Positions 19,620-30,267 are shown, numbered from the stretch's first letter. The stretch is 64,000 bases of DNA from Promethearchaeota archaeon (GCA_016840165.1 JAEOSU010000076.1:64001-128000), one strand, 5' to 3'. The notes: generated by a model from the letters alone, not told the origin. Numbers and translations are program-made.

Positions 19620-20470
19620 TGTTCTTCATAATATTTTTTTAAATTCTCAAAAACATAATGACAAGCCAAATAACCTTGAGTCGCTGCTTTAGATAAAATA
19701 TTGTTTAACAATTGAGGATCTTTCGCTCCTTTTATAATGGAAACATTAATTTCTCTTATATTATAATAACTTCTCCAAAATAAGGTAGGCCAATCTACAA
19801 GAGGACGTAAAATTTGATTAAATTTCTTTTTACCCTCTTCAGACAATTCAATTTCTTTGGCTAAATTATAAACATAAGCCCTACCTTCCTTTTTTTTTTT
19901 GAGAAATCCATCTTGAATTATTTCATTAAGATATTTTCGTAATTCGGTTAACTTTATATCAATAAAAATTTTATTTAGATTCTCTTTAATTGTTTTTGTG
20001 GTTAGTCCATTATTTTTGATCATGAAATATGTTCTCGCCAAAATGTTATATTTTAAAGGTACAGATTCGTGATCCATTTGATTATACTGGAAAAGATTTC
20101 CTAAAATTTCTTTCGCAATAAAATATTTGAGTTGTAATTGATCTATCTCTGAAAAATCCTTCTTAAATTTTGAGGAATCATTGAGATAAGATTTATAAAG
20201 TGTAGAGAGTAAAGATTTGATCGAATGAAATCCATCATCGAAAGAGAGTCTTACTGTGTCCAGAATTTCTATCCTATAACTAACATCATTTAGAAATCGG
20301 TCTTTCTCTACAGAAAATTGTCTTAATATATGAGGATTTGGCTCGAATTCATTGAGATAAGCGTCCCATTCTCTTTTGAACCTATAAGATTGAGTTTTTG
20401 AAATCCCTGAGAGTTTATATACTACTTCATACAACTTTGCTATAAATTCTTTTTCACTAAGCTCAGTCAT
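19613..20470 (-). CDS. Hypothetical protein, possible winged-helix region
   Basis: 285-aa ORF; LRKYLNEIIQDGFLKKKKEGRAYVY resembles a wHTH wing. Confidence 0.6.
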   Translation of the reverse strand: MTELSEKEFIAKLYEVVYKLSGISKTQSYRFKREWDAYLNEFEPNPHILRQFSVEKDRFLNDVSYRIEILDTVRLSFDDGFHSIKSLLSTLYKSYLNDSSKFKKDFSEIDQLQLKYFIAKEILGNLFQYNQMDHESVPLKYNILARTYFMIKNNGLTTKTIKENLNKIFIDIKLTELRKYLNEIIQDGFLKKKKEGRAYVYNLAKEIELSEEGKKKFNQILRPLVDWPTLFWRSYYNIREINVSIIKGAKDPQLLNNILSKAATQGYLACHYVFENLKKYYEEHQ

Positions 20471-20679
20471 CTAGTAATGCCTAACGCTTTTTCTAATTTA
20501 ACTGTATAAATTAATATTTATTAAAATCTAAAGATTTTTAAAGTTTCATTAGGATTTCAATTCGAAAAAATAGGGGATTAATAATATCGATATCAAAGAT
20601 ATTTTTTAGACCAATTCATTCTGATAATTAATATTAAGCATTTAGATCTTATGATATTTACATTTATTTAGGTGAGTAG

Positions 20680-21069
20680 TTGTTGAAAATAGAACATATA
20701 GCTCTTGCTTCAAATTCAGAACGAGAAAGTGATAGGTTTTTCATCGATTTATTGGGAGTGGAAAAAATCAGAAACTTTATGGTATCCAACGATAAAATGA
20801 AGAAATTTTTTAATGTGGACGATGCACATAACTTCATTAGATATGGAAAAGAAGAGTTTTCCGTGGAGGTTATTGTTACTAATAAGAAAGAACAAGTAAA
20901 AGATAGGTTCACTCATTCTTGTATTGTTGTAGAGGATGGAATAAAATTATTAGAGAAAGCAGAAGCTATGGGATATAAAACAATTAAAGTTCCCAGAGAT
21001 AAGGATAGTGGTTATTATTTATTTTTAAAAGACAGTTTTGGAAATTTATTTGAGATAAAAGAATCATAA
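20680..21069 (+). CDS. VOC / glyoxalase family protein
   Basis: IEHIAL, FFIDLLG, THSCIVV, FLKDSFGNLFEI. Confidence 0.85.
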   Translation: MLKIEHIALASNSERESDRFFIDLLGVEKIRNFMVSNDKMKKFFNVDDAHNFIRYGKEEFSVEVIVTNKKEQVKDRFTHSCIVVEDGIKLLEKAEAMGYKTIKVPRDKDSGYYLFLKDSFGNLFEIKES

Positions 21070-21150
21070 AACTTTTTATAGCAAATTCTTTTTTATAATT
21101 TTGAATTTGTCAAAATTATCAAAATTTGTTCTGAATGGAGGGAATAAATC

Positions 21151-21930
21151 ATTCCAAAGTCATATAAGCTCAAAGTAATATTAGGTGGCGCCCAAAATTC
21201 AGGTAAAACATCTTTCATAGATGGAGACACTCAAAATGAAAGTCCAATTGGAGTATCCTTTAAACCTATTGAGTGTTATGCAAATGGTATTGATAATTAT
21301 AAGTTTATTGTATGGGATCTAGAAGAGCGTGAAAGATTTCATTTTTTATTTCCTTATTTCTGTCGCGGTGCATGCGCTGGTTTATTATGTATCGATTTGA
21401 CTAACCGTAATTCCTTCTTAGAATTAGATAATTGGATAACTCTATTTAAACAGAATGCAGGATCCATCCCGATAATTTTAATAGGAACAAAGTATGATTT
21501 AGAACCACAAGAAGTGAGTGAAGAAGAAATAAATAATTACGCCATAGATCATGAAATAAACAATGTTTTTTTTAATTCAATATATGATGATAATAGCAAT
21601 AAAATAGAGATTTTTAAATCTATCGTTGAATCAATAGATCCGAATTATCCTCTTGAGAATTTTTCTCTTTTTACGCAAAAAGATTTTGTTTCTGAAGAAT
21701 TTAAAGAATTTTTACGATATTTTTCGGTATGCCCAATATGCAATAATGAGAACCATTACGAATCTTTAAAAAATATATATATTAGTAGTGACCCTAAGTT
21801 GATAATATTAAGAGACCAATTATATAACGCAATTGAAGTTTCTCAACATTTATCTTTAAAGAGGAGAAGAAACTTGAAAATTGGTATACCTTGCTGTGAT
21901 TGTTATAAAAGATTCTTTAATAATAAGTAA
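21151..21930 (+). CDS. Rab-like small GTPase with C-terminal Zn-binding domain; probable ATT start
   Basis: Frame of the 21397 ORF is open to 21148 and encodes KLKVILGGAQNSGKTS, IGVSF, WDLEERERF, FCRGA, then GTKYD; C-terminal CPIC...CCDC. GGAGG SD at 21137-21141. Confidence 0.85.
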   Translation: MPKSYKLKVILGGAQNSGKTSFIDGDTQNESPIGVSFKPIECYANGIDNYKFIVWDLEERERFHFLFPYFCRGACAGLLCIDLTNRNSFLELDNWITLFKQNAGSIPIILIGTKYDLEPQEVSEEEINNYAIDHEINNVFFNSIYDDNSNKIEIFKSIVESIDPNYPLENFSLFTQKDFVSEEFKEFLRYFSVCPICNNENHYESLKNIYISSDPKLIILRDQLYNAIEVSQHLSLKRRRNLKIGIPCCDCYKRFFNNK

Positions 21931-21946
21931 TGATTTTTGATTTTTT

Positions 21947-22753
21947 TTACTCATCCCATACTGCTGAGCTGAGCAAATGTTCGATACGTGTTCTTCTAGG
22001 TCGGACAAATTTAGTACGATTATCTTTACGTTCTAATAATAAATGCTTTTCCAAATTATTAGAATGAACCATATATACTTCTAAATCGCCTTTATCCAAG
22101 AAAATATGATTAAAACTAGGGACGTCATCAGCTCGTACTTTTCTGGAGGATGATGTCCCACAATAGAGATAAGTAGTGGGTCCAATTACATGAGCATGGG
22201 GTACATGGCGATGACCCATTAATACTAAATCAATTTCAAATAATTGAGTGAATTCAATTATTTCACCGGCATCGCGAACAGTGGTAAATTTTTGTCCCGA
22301 TAATGGAACAGGAATCAGATGATGATGTAGTGCGATAATTCGGTTTTCTAAATTTTTATTAAAACATCTTCCCATCCAATCTAATTGTTCATCTCCTATC
22401 ATTCCTTCACTCATATCGTCTCTTGCTGAGCATAGACCAACAATAATTGTATCTTTCTCTTCAATAACCATCTTAGATCTTCTTGGACCAATTAATCTTT
22501 CAAAAAAAATGAGGCCCGAATTCTTAGCGCAATGATTACCTGGAATCACCATTAATCGCGTTATTGCTTTGATTCTGTTAAAATAAGGAAGAATATTCTC
22601 ATACTGCACCACTCTTCCTTTATGAACAACGTCTCCCGTGCATATTACAACATCTGGATTAGCTTCCTTTATATAGTCAATGATATTTTCCAAATATTCC
22701 GCAACAAATTCACTTCCATAATGTAAATCACTAATCTGTATTATTTCTACCAT
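21947..22753 (-). CDS. Calcineurin-like metallophosphoesterase (Icc/CpdA-like)
   Basis: SDLH, TGD, PGNH, LHHH, GHRH. Confidence 0.9.
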   Translation of the reverse strand: MVEIIQISDLHYGSEFVAEYLENIIDYIKEANPDVVICTGDVVHKGRVVQYENILPYFNRIKAITRLMVIPGNHCAKNSGLIFFERLIGPRRSKMVIEEKDTIIVGLCSARDDMSEGMIGDEQLDWMGRCFNKNLENRIIALHHHLIPVPLSGQKFTTVRDAGEIIEFTQLFEIDLVLMGHRHVPHAHVIGPTTYLYCGTSSSRKVRADDVPSFNHIFLDKGDLEVYMVHSNNLEKHLLLERKDNRTKFVRPRRTRIEHLLSSAVWDE

Positions 22754-22887
22754 GCTATCAATACCATATTCATTATTTTATTTTAACCTAATGTGTTCTA
22801 ATGTATATTAAATTTTAAATTATATTAAAGACTGAATATGGCTTTTTATATAATCCTAAAATTATTATTCATGGAATAAAAGTAGTT

Positions 22888-23049
22888 TTAAAAGACGGTT
22901 TCAACATTGACATAGTTATTGATTTTTCGATTCTGTGCGATTTTATCTAAAATTAGCTTATCTCTACAATTAACACAAATTCCATTTATTTTTAACCAAC
23001 ACTCTTGGCCGCATTTAGAACATAAAAATTTTTTATAGATAATTTTCAT
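22888..23049 (-). CDS. Small C4 zinc-finger protein, 53 aa (not in ORF track)
   Basis: MKIIYKKFLCSKCGQECWLKINGICVNCRDKLILDKIAQNRKINNYVNVETVF; CxxC...CxxC. Confidence 0.65.
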   Translation of the reverse strand: MKIIYKKFLCSKCGQECWLKINGICVNCRDKLILDKIAQNRKINNYVNVETVF

Positions 23050-23222
23050 ACATATCTCTCATTTCTCTTATTAATTAAAGTATTTATTCGAAATTTTTTA
23101 AGCAATTTCGCCATATTATATAAAAACTATAGAGATATATATAGGTGATTCGAGCGGATTTTGGAGGAATATAATCAGTTTATTAGAATAAATAAATTAA
23201 CTATATATCTCGTGTTTAATTT

Positions 23223-26200
23223 TTATATTAATTTTTCTAAATCCTCTCGAATCATATGAAGCAATTCAGATCCTTTATTTTTACAGTCTTTAATTAATGC
23301 TTGACCATAATCAATAGATCCTCCCCCTTTACCATTAAAACGTTCTGAAAATTCTTTTATAAATGAACCCATATTAAGGTTAAGTTTATTGGAAGGTTGT
23401 TTTCCCATCATCCCAAGCAAAATTATTCCATTTTTAATGGTGCTAATAAATATAGCTATTATATCTTCTGAATACTTCATAATATTTTTACCTAAAGTAT
23501 TTAGATCTTTCTGAGAAATGTTATCAAAATGTTTAAGAATTAGATTAAAACTACTGAATTTTTCCGCATTATTAATAATATTATCAATATATTCTTTACT
23601 AAAGATATTCTGTAATTCTTTTAACTTTTTCTTTGCCTCTTCCCATTCTGAGAAAAATTTTTCTATTCGGAAAGGAATATTCTCTTTCGGAATTTTATCC
23701 TCCTTTTTTGTCTTTAAAACTATAGCTAATTCCGATAAAATATCTCCAGTAAATTTTTCTTTAGAAGTTAATTGGAGGTCACTATTCTTAACCTTTCCGA
23801 ATTTGAGCTGTTCAAGTGCTTTATTTAACTTTTTCCACTTATTAATTAATTCGTTTATGCGCCCTACAACAAATTCTCTATTCACTCCGAATTTCTCTTC
23901 TAAATGCTTCAATATTTTTTCTTGTTTTTCTTCATATCTTTTTGTAGCTTCTCCAGCGGTAAAAGTTAAACGAATAATCCCATCTTGAATTTTCCGCGAT
24001 TTGGTTATTTTAATCTTACCTGTTTCTGCAGTATTATTCAGATGAGTACCTCCACAAGCTTCCACATCAATTCCAGGGATTTCTACTATTCGAATCATTT
24101 TGCCTGGAACCGCTCCTCCCTGATAAATTCTCATCCCATATTTTTTTTCGGCCTCAGAACGGGGAATAAAAGATAGATTCAAGTCTATGCCTTTTTCCAC
24201 TATTTTGTTGGAAATATCTTCAATTTGCTTAAGCTCATCAGCAGGTATTTGAGCATAATGTGTTATATCTAAATGAGAATTTTTAAGAGTTTTTTTTGCC
24301 CCCGCTTGATTGATATGATCACCCAAAATTTCTCTCGCAGCGGCATTGACAATATGAGTAGCAGTATGATGTTGAGAGAGTTGATAGCGCCAACTTTTAT
24401 CCACTTCGACTGTAACTTCATCTCCTTCATTAAACTGTGGTGATTCGTCTAATACATGAACAATGTGATTTCCTTGTTTATAGACATTTTGAAATGGTTG
24501 GTCATCAATATTGCCAATATCATGCAATTGACCCCCTGAAGTTGGATATGCAACTGTTTGATCTAATATTGCATTATTATCGATGATTTTCAACACCTTT
24601 GCTTTATTAGATGTAATTGTGTAATCGTAATAGTAAAGAGCTTTAGTTTCAGGTACATTTTTTAAGTCAAGTTCAACTTCCTTTGTAATCTCTTGTTCTT
24701 TTTCCTTCATCTCATGCTTTTCTACAACTAGATTATAAAAATTCTCAGGAATTTTAATTGAAATTCCAAGTTTTTTTGCTGTTTCTTTGACCAGGTCAGG
24801 ACTTATTCCTCTGGAATCATATAATTCAATAAGAGTTTCAACGGAAATGTCTCCATCTTTGATTCTTTTTTCCAGAATTTTACCGGCCTTCTTTTTATTT
24901 TCATAGTATTTCTCTTTTTCCACCTCTAAAATTTCTTGAATTTCACCCAGATGTTCGGATAATTCTGGGAAGAGCCCATGTAATTCTTCTGCATGCCATC
25001 GACATACTTGCGCAAGATCAATATCCCATTGAAAGTGATCGATAAAAGAGATTGCACGACGAAAAATGACTCGTAAATTATAACCACCTCCCATATTAGA
25101 AGGCAATTTTCCATCATTTATAGCAAATAATAGCGTTCTTGTATGTTCTGCGATTGAATAGAGTGCAGTCATAGGTAAGATCTTTGATTTTAAATCTGAT
25201 ACTTGAAAATTTAATTTATCTGCTACTTTTTGCCAGGCAACGTCCATATTCTCGACTTCGTCATAATTTAAGTAAGCAGAATATTTTGAAAAATCATTGT
25301 AGAGTTCTAAATCTAATTTAATTTGAGTAATTTCCCTTAATTTTGAGATTACATAAGGAAATGTCGCTTCATAGATATTTGGAGTTCCTTGTGAGAACCA
25401 AGCAACTCGTTCTTGGCCCATTCCCATGTCAAGTACTTTTAGACTAAGTTCCTTAGGGCCCTCACTAGTTTGTTCGTACATAGTATAGACTTGATTGAAT
25501 AATTCTATTCCTCTACTAAAAAATTCAAGGCTACATCCAAATGACCCTCCACCAGCCCAACTATCCTCATGGATGGTAATCTCTTCTTTTGGTAAACCAA
25601 CACCTATATGAATAAAATCATGAATATCTTTAAACAACTGCCCTTGATCCCATTCCTCTGGTGAACCAAAAAAATGCTGTCCGATCATGGTGAAACCACA
25701 TAAATGAGCACCAGTTAAGCCTACATTTTCAATATCATTGAATCTTAAACAGAATTGAGGAATAATCAGTTTTTTTGCTGGGGGTTCAACTTCTCCGGTA
25801 ATAACATATGGTTGAAAAGCAGATATTGATGCAATAGTGAATTCTGACGTGGGATTCCATCTCGCAACGCATGGATAACGATTTATGGGAACATACCCTC
25901 TGGGTTCCAATATTTCAACTATTTTCTCCCATACTCCGATATAGGACAGTTTTACCTTAGCAGGGTTCTTTTCAATTATTTGAAAACCCCCAGAGCATAC
26001 CGGATCACCACAAACAGTTCTTTCTTTAAGTTGAGTCCAAAAATAAGTACCACAATGCTCACATTGTTTTCTCATATACCCTAATTTCCTTAATTCTTGA
26101 GTAGGAAAATATTTATCAGGGTTTTTTGAAGCTATCTCCTTAAACGCTTTTTTAATTTTTTTATCACTTTGAAGATCTTTTAGATCTTTTAATTCTTCAT

Positions 26201-26249
26201 TTAAGGGCAATTTAATCATTAACTCTAGTTGTGTATTTAATTGTTCCAA
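23223..26249 (-). CDS. alaS: Alanine--tRNA ligase, archaeal type
   Basis: N-terminal CEHC..FWT..CGD, YPCVARW, LRFNDIENVG; editing motifs HTATH and CGGTH; C-terminal GKGGG. Real start may be the ATG about 10 codons downstream. Confidence 0.96.
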   Translation of the reverse strand: MEQLNTQLELMIKLPLNEELKDLKDLQSDKKIKKAFKEIASKNPDKYFPTQELRKLGYMRKQCEHCGTYFWTQLKERTVCGDPVCSGGFQIIEKNPAKVKLSYIGVWEKIVEILEPRGYVPINRYPCVARWNPTSEFTIASISAFQPYVITGEVEPPAKKLIIPQFCLRFNDIENVGLTGAHLCGFTMIGQHFFGSPEEWDQGQLFKDIHDFIHIGVGLPKEEITIHEDSWAGGGSFGCSLEFFSRGIELFNQVYTMYEQTSEGPKELSLKVLDMGMGQERVAWFSQGTPNIYEATFPYVISKLREITQIKLDLELYNDFSKYSAYLNYDEVENMDVAWQKVADKLNFQVSDLKSKILPMTALYSIAEHTRTLLFAINDGKLPSNMGGGYNLRVIFRRAISFIDHFQWDIDLAQVCRWHAEELHGLFPELSEHLGEIQEILEVEKEKYYENKKKAGKILEKRIKDGDISVETLIELYDSRGISPDLVKETAKKLGISIKIPENFYNLVVEKHEMKEKEQEITKEVELDLKNVPETKALYYYDYTITSNKAKVLKIIDNNAILDQTVAYPTSGGQLHDIGNIDDQPFQNVYKQGNHIVHVLDESPQFNEGDEVTVEVDKSWRYQLSQHHTATHIVNAAAREILGDHINQAGAKKTLKNSHLDITHYAQIPADELKQIEDISNKIVEKGIDLNLSFIPRSEAEKKYGMRIYQGGAVPGKMIRIVEIPGIDVEACGGTHLNNTAETGKIKITKSRKIQDGIIRLTFTAGEATKRYEEKQEKILKHLEEKFGVNREFVVGRINELINKWKKLNKALEQLKFGKVKNSDLQLTSKEKFTGDILSELAIVLKTKKEDKIPKENIPFRIEKFFSEWEEAKKKLKELQNIFSKEYIDNIINNAEKFSSFNLILKHFDNISQKDLNTLGKNIMKYSEDIIAIFISTIKNGIILLGMMGKQPSNKLNLNMGSFIKEFSERFNGKGGGSIDYGQALIKDCKNKGSELLHMIREDLEKLI

Positions 26250-26424
26250 TAATTAGAAAAATTTATTATCTCCTAAAATTTTTCGCATTATATTTGATAC
26301 AAGTTTAAACTTCATGTATAACTTTGATTAAAATTGATTTTTTCCATGAGAACAATAGGTTTAAATAAAATAAAAGTAGATTAGTATTATTAGTTAATCC
26401 ATAATCAAAAAGGAGTGATATTAA

Positions 26425-26790
26425 ATGACTTTCCCATATTACGATCCATTTGGAGCTCTTGGAGCAATTCTCGGGATCCTTATTGTAGTTATTATTGCTT
26501 CATGTGTAATTCAAATAGCAATTGCAGTTTGGGTCTATAATGATGCTAAAAAGAGAAATATGGACCCAACAATGTGGCTTGCAATCACTTTATTAGCAGG
26601 GTGTATAGGTTGTATTATTTATTTAGTAGTAAGAGATCCTATTGCTACGGAAACTACCCCTATGGCTAAAGAACCGTATGATAATAAAGCTGAACTAGCA
26701 CAATTAGAAAAAGGTACATTCTGTAGCAATTGTGGTAGTGAGATACCAGCCGGAGCTAAATTTTGTCCTTCTTGCGGTAATCCACGATAA
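26425..26790 (+). CDS. Membrane protein with PLDc_N-like TM hairpin and C-terminal zinc ribbon
   Basis: WVYNDAKKR..W..IG.IIYLVVR; CSNCG...FCPSCG. Confidence 0.8.
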   Translation: MTFPYYDPFGALGAILGILIVVIIASCVIQIAIAVWVYNDAKKRNMDPTMWLAITLLAGCIGCIIYLVVRDPIATETTPMAKEPYDNKAELAQLEKGTFCSNCGSEIPAGAKFCPSCGNPR

Positions 26791-26792
26791 TT

Positions 26793-27251
26793 TCATAAAT
26801 CTTCCAAGTCTAATGATTGAAAACGAGAATATCCTTGCTTAACCAAATCATAATCTAAATATTCTATTTTATTTGGTATTATTTTCAAAATAAGTTTTCT
26901 TTTACCCCGTACTATTTTCTGAGCTTTTTCAAATTCTTCATCTCGTTCTCTCAGAAAGATAAGATTATCTACGCCTTCAGTGGTAATCTGCATCCCTTGA
27001 ATTTTTCCAGAATCTAAAGGAGAATAGATGCCAATACTAACAATAGGATTTTGTTCAATATTAGTAACTTTTCTTCCAGGGGCAAGTCCTACATATATAT
27101 TATAGTTTTCATGGGAATTTTCCATGTAAAAATCCATCGGAGTAGCACGGGGAATATTATTTAAACATGTACATAAGACTAGCACTTTTCTTTTATTTAG
27201 AAATGCTCTAATTTCTTCTTTTAATAGATTATCGGGCATTTTTTTGTTCAA
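26793..27251 (-). CDS. Pyridoxamine 5'-phosphate oxidase-like (FMN/F420 split-barrel) protein
   Basis: LCT..NIPRATP, KVTNIEQNPIVSI. Confidence 0.75.
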   Translation of the reverse strand: MNKKMPDNLLKEEIRAFLNKRKVLVLCTCLNNIPRATPMDFYMENSHENYNIYVGLAPGRKVTNIEQNPIVSIGIYSPLDSGKIQGMQITTEGVDNLIFLRERDEEFEKAQKIVRGKRKLILKIIPNKIEYLDYDLVKQGYSRFQSLDLEDL

Positions 27252-27331
27252 AACAAATCACCTATTAATTAGTAATTCCCATCATTAATAGGGATTATGT
27301 TTATGTATCCTGTTCTTTTAAAAGAAGATAA

Positions 27332-28468
27332 TTAAAGTAATTTACTATCTGGAAATCCAGTATTGTCTACTGCAGCACGCACATACGGAGAGATTGGTCC
27401 TCTTCCCAATGCCATAATTCTTATTTTTGCACCAAGAGAAGGATTTAATGCAGTTCCAAATTTTAATGAAGCTTCCTTCGGAATTTCATTAGATATAGTA
27501 GAAATTATTTTATCCATCTTTGATAATGATAATTTATGATCCCCGGAAACGGATACAATACATTTATCTATTTTATTAGGATCAGGTTCTAATAGAGGAT
27601 TATTCAAGGCGAGGTGCGCTTTATTGATTAAGTCTTTCTCGTCACCTAATGATTCTGTTATACCGATGAGTCCACTAGGGTATGCACCGTTCTTTTCAAG
27701 TACCTTTCTCACATCAGCATAATCAATATTTATTAAGCCACAATTATTGATTAAATTTAAAATTTCTTTTATGCTTCTGATTAAGACTTCATCCATTATT
27801 TTAAATCCAGATAAAACTGGCAGTTTTTCATTAAATCTCAATAAATTATCATTCGGAACAGTTATAAGGGTGTCAGTATTTTTCACGAGTCCCTTTAATC
27901 CTCTTTGGGCTCGTGATCTCCTCTCACTACCTTCTGAAGAAAAGGGAATCGAACAAAATGTAACTACTGTTGCATTATTTTTTTTTGCTTCTCTTGCAAT
28001 AATCGGAGCTGCTCCAGTTCCAGTCCCTCCACCCAATCCGTACGTTAAAAATATGACATCCGCATTCAAAGCTTCGGCTAGTCTTTCTACATCCTCCTCT
28101 GCCGCTGATGCTCCGATTTCTGGATCATTACCTGAGCCCAATCCATTACATATTTCCTTCCCAATTAATATTTTATTAGTAGCATTGGAATAATAAAGGT
28201 CGTGAGCATCAGTATTGATATTAAGAGTCTCCACGCAGTCCGTTTTGAATTCTTGCATTCTCGAAACTGTATTATTACCCGCTCCTCCAATTCCAACAAC
28301 TATAGATTTAATTTTTAGGACTTCCAATAAATCGGATAGATATTTATCGCTATCTAAATTTGCATTTTGATTATCTATTTTATTTTTGCGAGCAATTTCA
28401 TTAAATCTTGATCGTATTGATAGTCGTGATTTTACTACTTCCTTTAGATCAAACTCATCGTTCGACAT
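27332..28468 (-). CDS. ftsZ: Cell division GTPase FtsZ
   Basis: GIGGAGNN, NTD, GLGSG, GLGGGTGTGAAP, PFSSEG, T7 loop INIDYADV. Confidence 0.9.
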   Translation of the reverse strand: MSNDEFDLKEVVKSRLSIRSRFNEIARKNKIDNQNANLDSDKYLSDLLEVLKIKSIVVGIGGAGNNTVSRMQEFKTDCVETLNINTDAHDLYYSNATNKILIGKEICNGLGSGNDPEIGASAAEEDVERLAEALNADVIFLTYGLGGGTGTGAAPIIAREAKKNNATVVTFCSIPFSSEGSERRSRAQRGLKGLVKNTDTLITVPNDNLLRFNEKLPVLSGFKIMDEVLIRSIKEILNLINNCGLINIDYADVRKVLEKNGAYPSGLIGITESLGDEKDLINKAHLALNNPLLEPDPNKIDKCIVSVSGDHKLSLSKMDKIISTISNEIPKEASLKFGTALNPSLGAKIRIMALGRGPISPYVRAAVDNTGFPDSKLL

Positions 28469-28664
28469 TCACAACATCCGTTTTAAAAACTAATTTGTTT
28501 TATAATATGAGTATTATATCCATATAATATAGCGTAGTAATATGCATGTAATATCATCTATATTTAGGTTAAAGAAATTACTTAATTTGTGCGAAGAAAA
28601 GTAAATAGATAAAAGTACTAAAATTTATAAGAATAGATTTTCATGTTAAATATGTTAGGGGTTA

Positions 28665-28907
28665 TTGGTAATGGAAATTGATATTAATGAAAAGAACAAT
28701 GATAAGGCTTCTAGTGGGTCAGATAATAATATAATCAGTGTTAGAGTTATTATTAGTTGTCCTACTGGCGATTATAAAAAAAAGTTTAGAAATCAATTTC
28801 CCCGAGATCAAATGGACCTCTTTTTGGTTTCTGCTCGAGTTTTTGATTGGATGACATGTCCTCTTTGTGGAGAACTTTTGAATTGTAATTTTGAGTTTAA
28901 TATCTAA
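28665..28907 (+). CDS. Small hypothetical protein, possible Zn ribbon
   Basis: CPTG...WMTCPLCGE. Confidence 0.55.
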   Translation: MVMEIDINEKNNDKASSGSDNNIISVRVIISCPTGDYKKKFRNQFPRDQMDLFLVSARVFDWMTCPLCGELLNCNFEFNI

Positions 28908-28950
28908 TCTTGTTTTAATAAAGATAATAGTATCACATTTAGAGTAGATT

Positions 28951-30267
28951 TTAAATGTCTAAATCAAGTTTGATGGACCCATACTTTCCCCCTCCGCCAG
29001 GAGTATAAATAATCTGGTCATTTCTCATAGCTTCTATTATTTCACCAATTTTTTTGTCATAGTTGTTAATTTTGTTTAAGGACAAATCAATTAAAATTTC
29101 ATATTCGGGTCCTAATTGAGAGATCATCTTTTCATAAGCATTTAAAACGGTCTTACTAGTACTGCTTTTAACATTTTTAACTGAGCGAATAATATCGATT
29201 AATGGAATCGCATTGATATAAGGAGGACGGTGATTGGGATGTTGAGCTTTATTATATGAAGAAATCGTTTCGATTCTTTCATATACTCCCAACTTAATTT
29301 TAAAGTTCTTACTAGTTTTTTCCTTACAAGCAGGGCATATCATTTTTCCTTTAGCAACGGTATTGATAAACTCTTTTCGCGCACGCTCTAAATCTTTAGA
29401 ATAGTATTCAACGAATTGAGGAGTGATACGGTACTTATTAAAAATTGAGGTGGTAGATTCATTGATTTTTTTAAAAATTATTCGTCGTCGACATTTATAG
29501 CAAAACATATTGTAATATTTACCTAGTTTTGGATGTAAACCTACATTAAGAATAATTCTTCGAGAATCTTTTCTTCGCAGAGCGGATTCAATTTCCTCGA
29601 ATGAAGGATTATCAATTTCAATCCTATTAAATTCTCTTCCCAAAGAACGTGGTGATTGCGAATGAGCATCACTGTTACTGAGAAATGATACGTCTTTTAG
29701 ACATTCTAAACGATCTGCTAAATCTGTGTTAGCAGAAAGTCCTAGTTCAATAAATGAGACTTTTTTTAATGCATGATGGTAGCAGTCCTCTAAATTACTA
29801 TATTGATTTTGACGAAATATTGCTTTGAAAGGAGTAAATGCATGTGCTGGACCAATGATACCCCCTATATCTGTAATTTCATCCACTAACTCAGCAGGAG
29901 CTAAATTTACTCTTGGTCTCCCTCCCCATTCATTAAATAAATTTTTTGAATGATTCCTTAGCTTTTTTTGTGCCTTAATTACGCTTTGAAAGTCGGGAAG
30001 GAGAACTACATGATGGATATTTTCCATATCTTCTATTTCAGTTTGTAAAATGAAAAAAATATCATCATATTGATAGGCACCTTCAGGAGTTTTTTGAAGG
30101 TTATGTTGCATATATTTTAACCACTCGGGTTGTAATATATCTCCGGTTCCTAATATCTGGAGGCCTTTCTGTTTGCATGTAGCAACCATAGTATCCAAAT
30201 TCAGAGATTGCGACACTGCGATTGAATGAGGACTATGGATATGAAGATCTGCGTTAAAAATTTGCAT
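28951..30267 (-). CDS. Endonuclease Q family (PHP domain plus Zn finger)
   Basis: DLHIHS, GTGD, PAHAFTP, ELGLSA, NSDAHS, LGREFN, LGKYY..CYKC, CPAC, PGGGGKYG. Confidence 0.88.
   Translation of the reverse strand: MQIFNADLHIHSPHSIAVSQSLNLDTMVATCKQKGLQILGTGDILQPEWLKYMQHNLQKTPEGAYQYDDIFFILQTEIEDMENIHHVVLLPDFQSVIKAQKKLRNHSKNLFNEWGGRPRVNLAPAELVDEITDIGGIIGPAHAFTPFKAIFRQNQYSNLEDCYHHALKKVSFIELGLSANTDLADRLECLKDVSFLSNSDAHSQSPRSLGREFNRIEIDNPSFEEIESALRRKDSRRIILNVGLHPKLGKYYNMFCYKCRRRIIFKKINESTTSIFNKYRITPQFVEYYSKDLERARKEFINTVAKGKMICPACKEKTSKNFKIKLGVYERIETISSYNKAQHPNHRPPYINAIPLIDIIRSVKNVKSSTSKTVLNAYEKMISQLGPEYEILIDLSLNKINNYDKKIGEIIEAMRNDQIIYTPGGGGKYGSIKLDLDI

Noticed and set aside
19890-19900. T11 homopolymer as a frameshift site (also 37860-37870 and 58302-58312)
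   Set aside because: The reading frames continue intact through poly-Lys codons.
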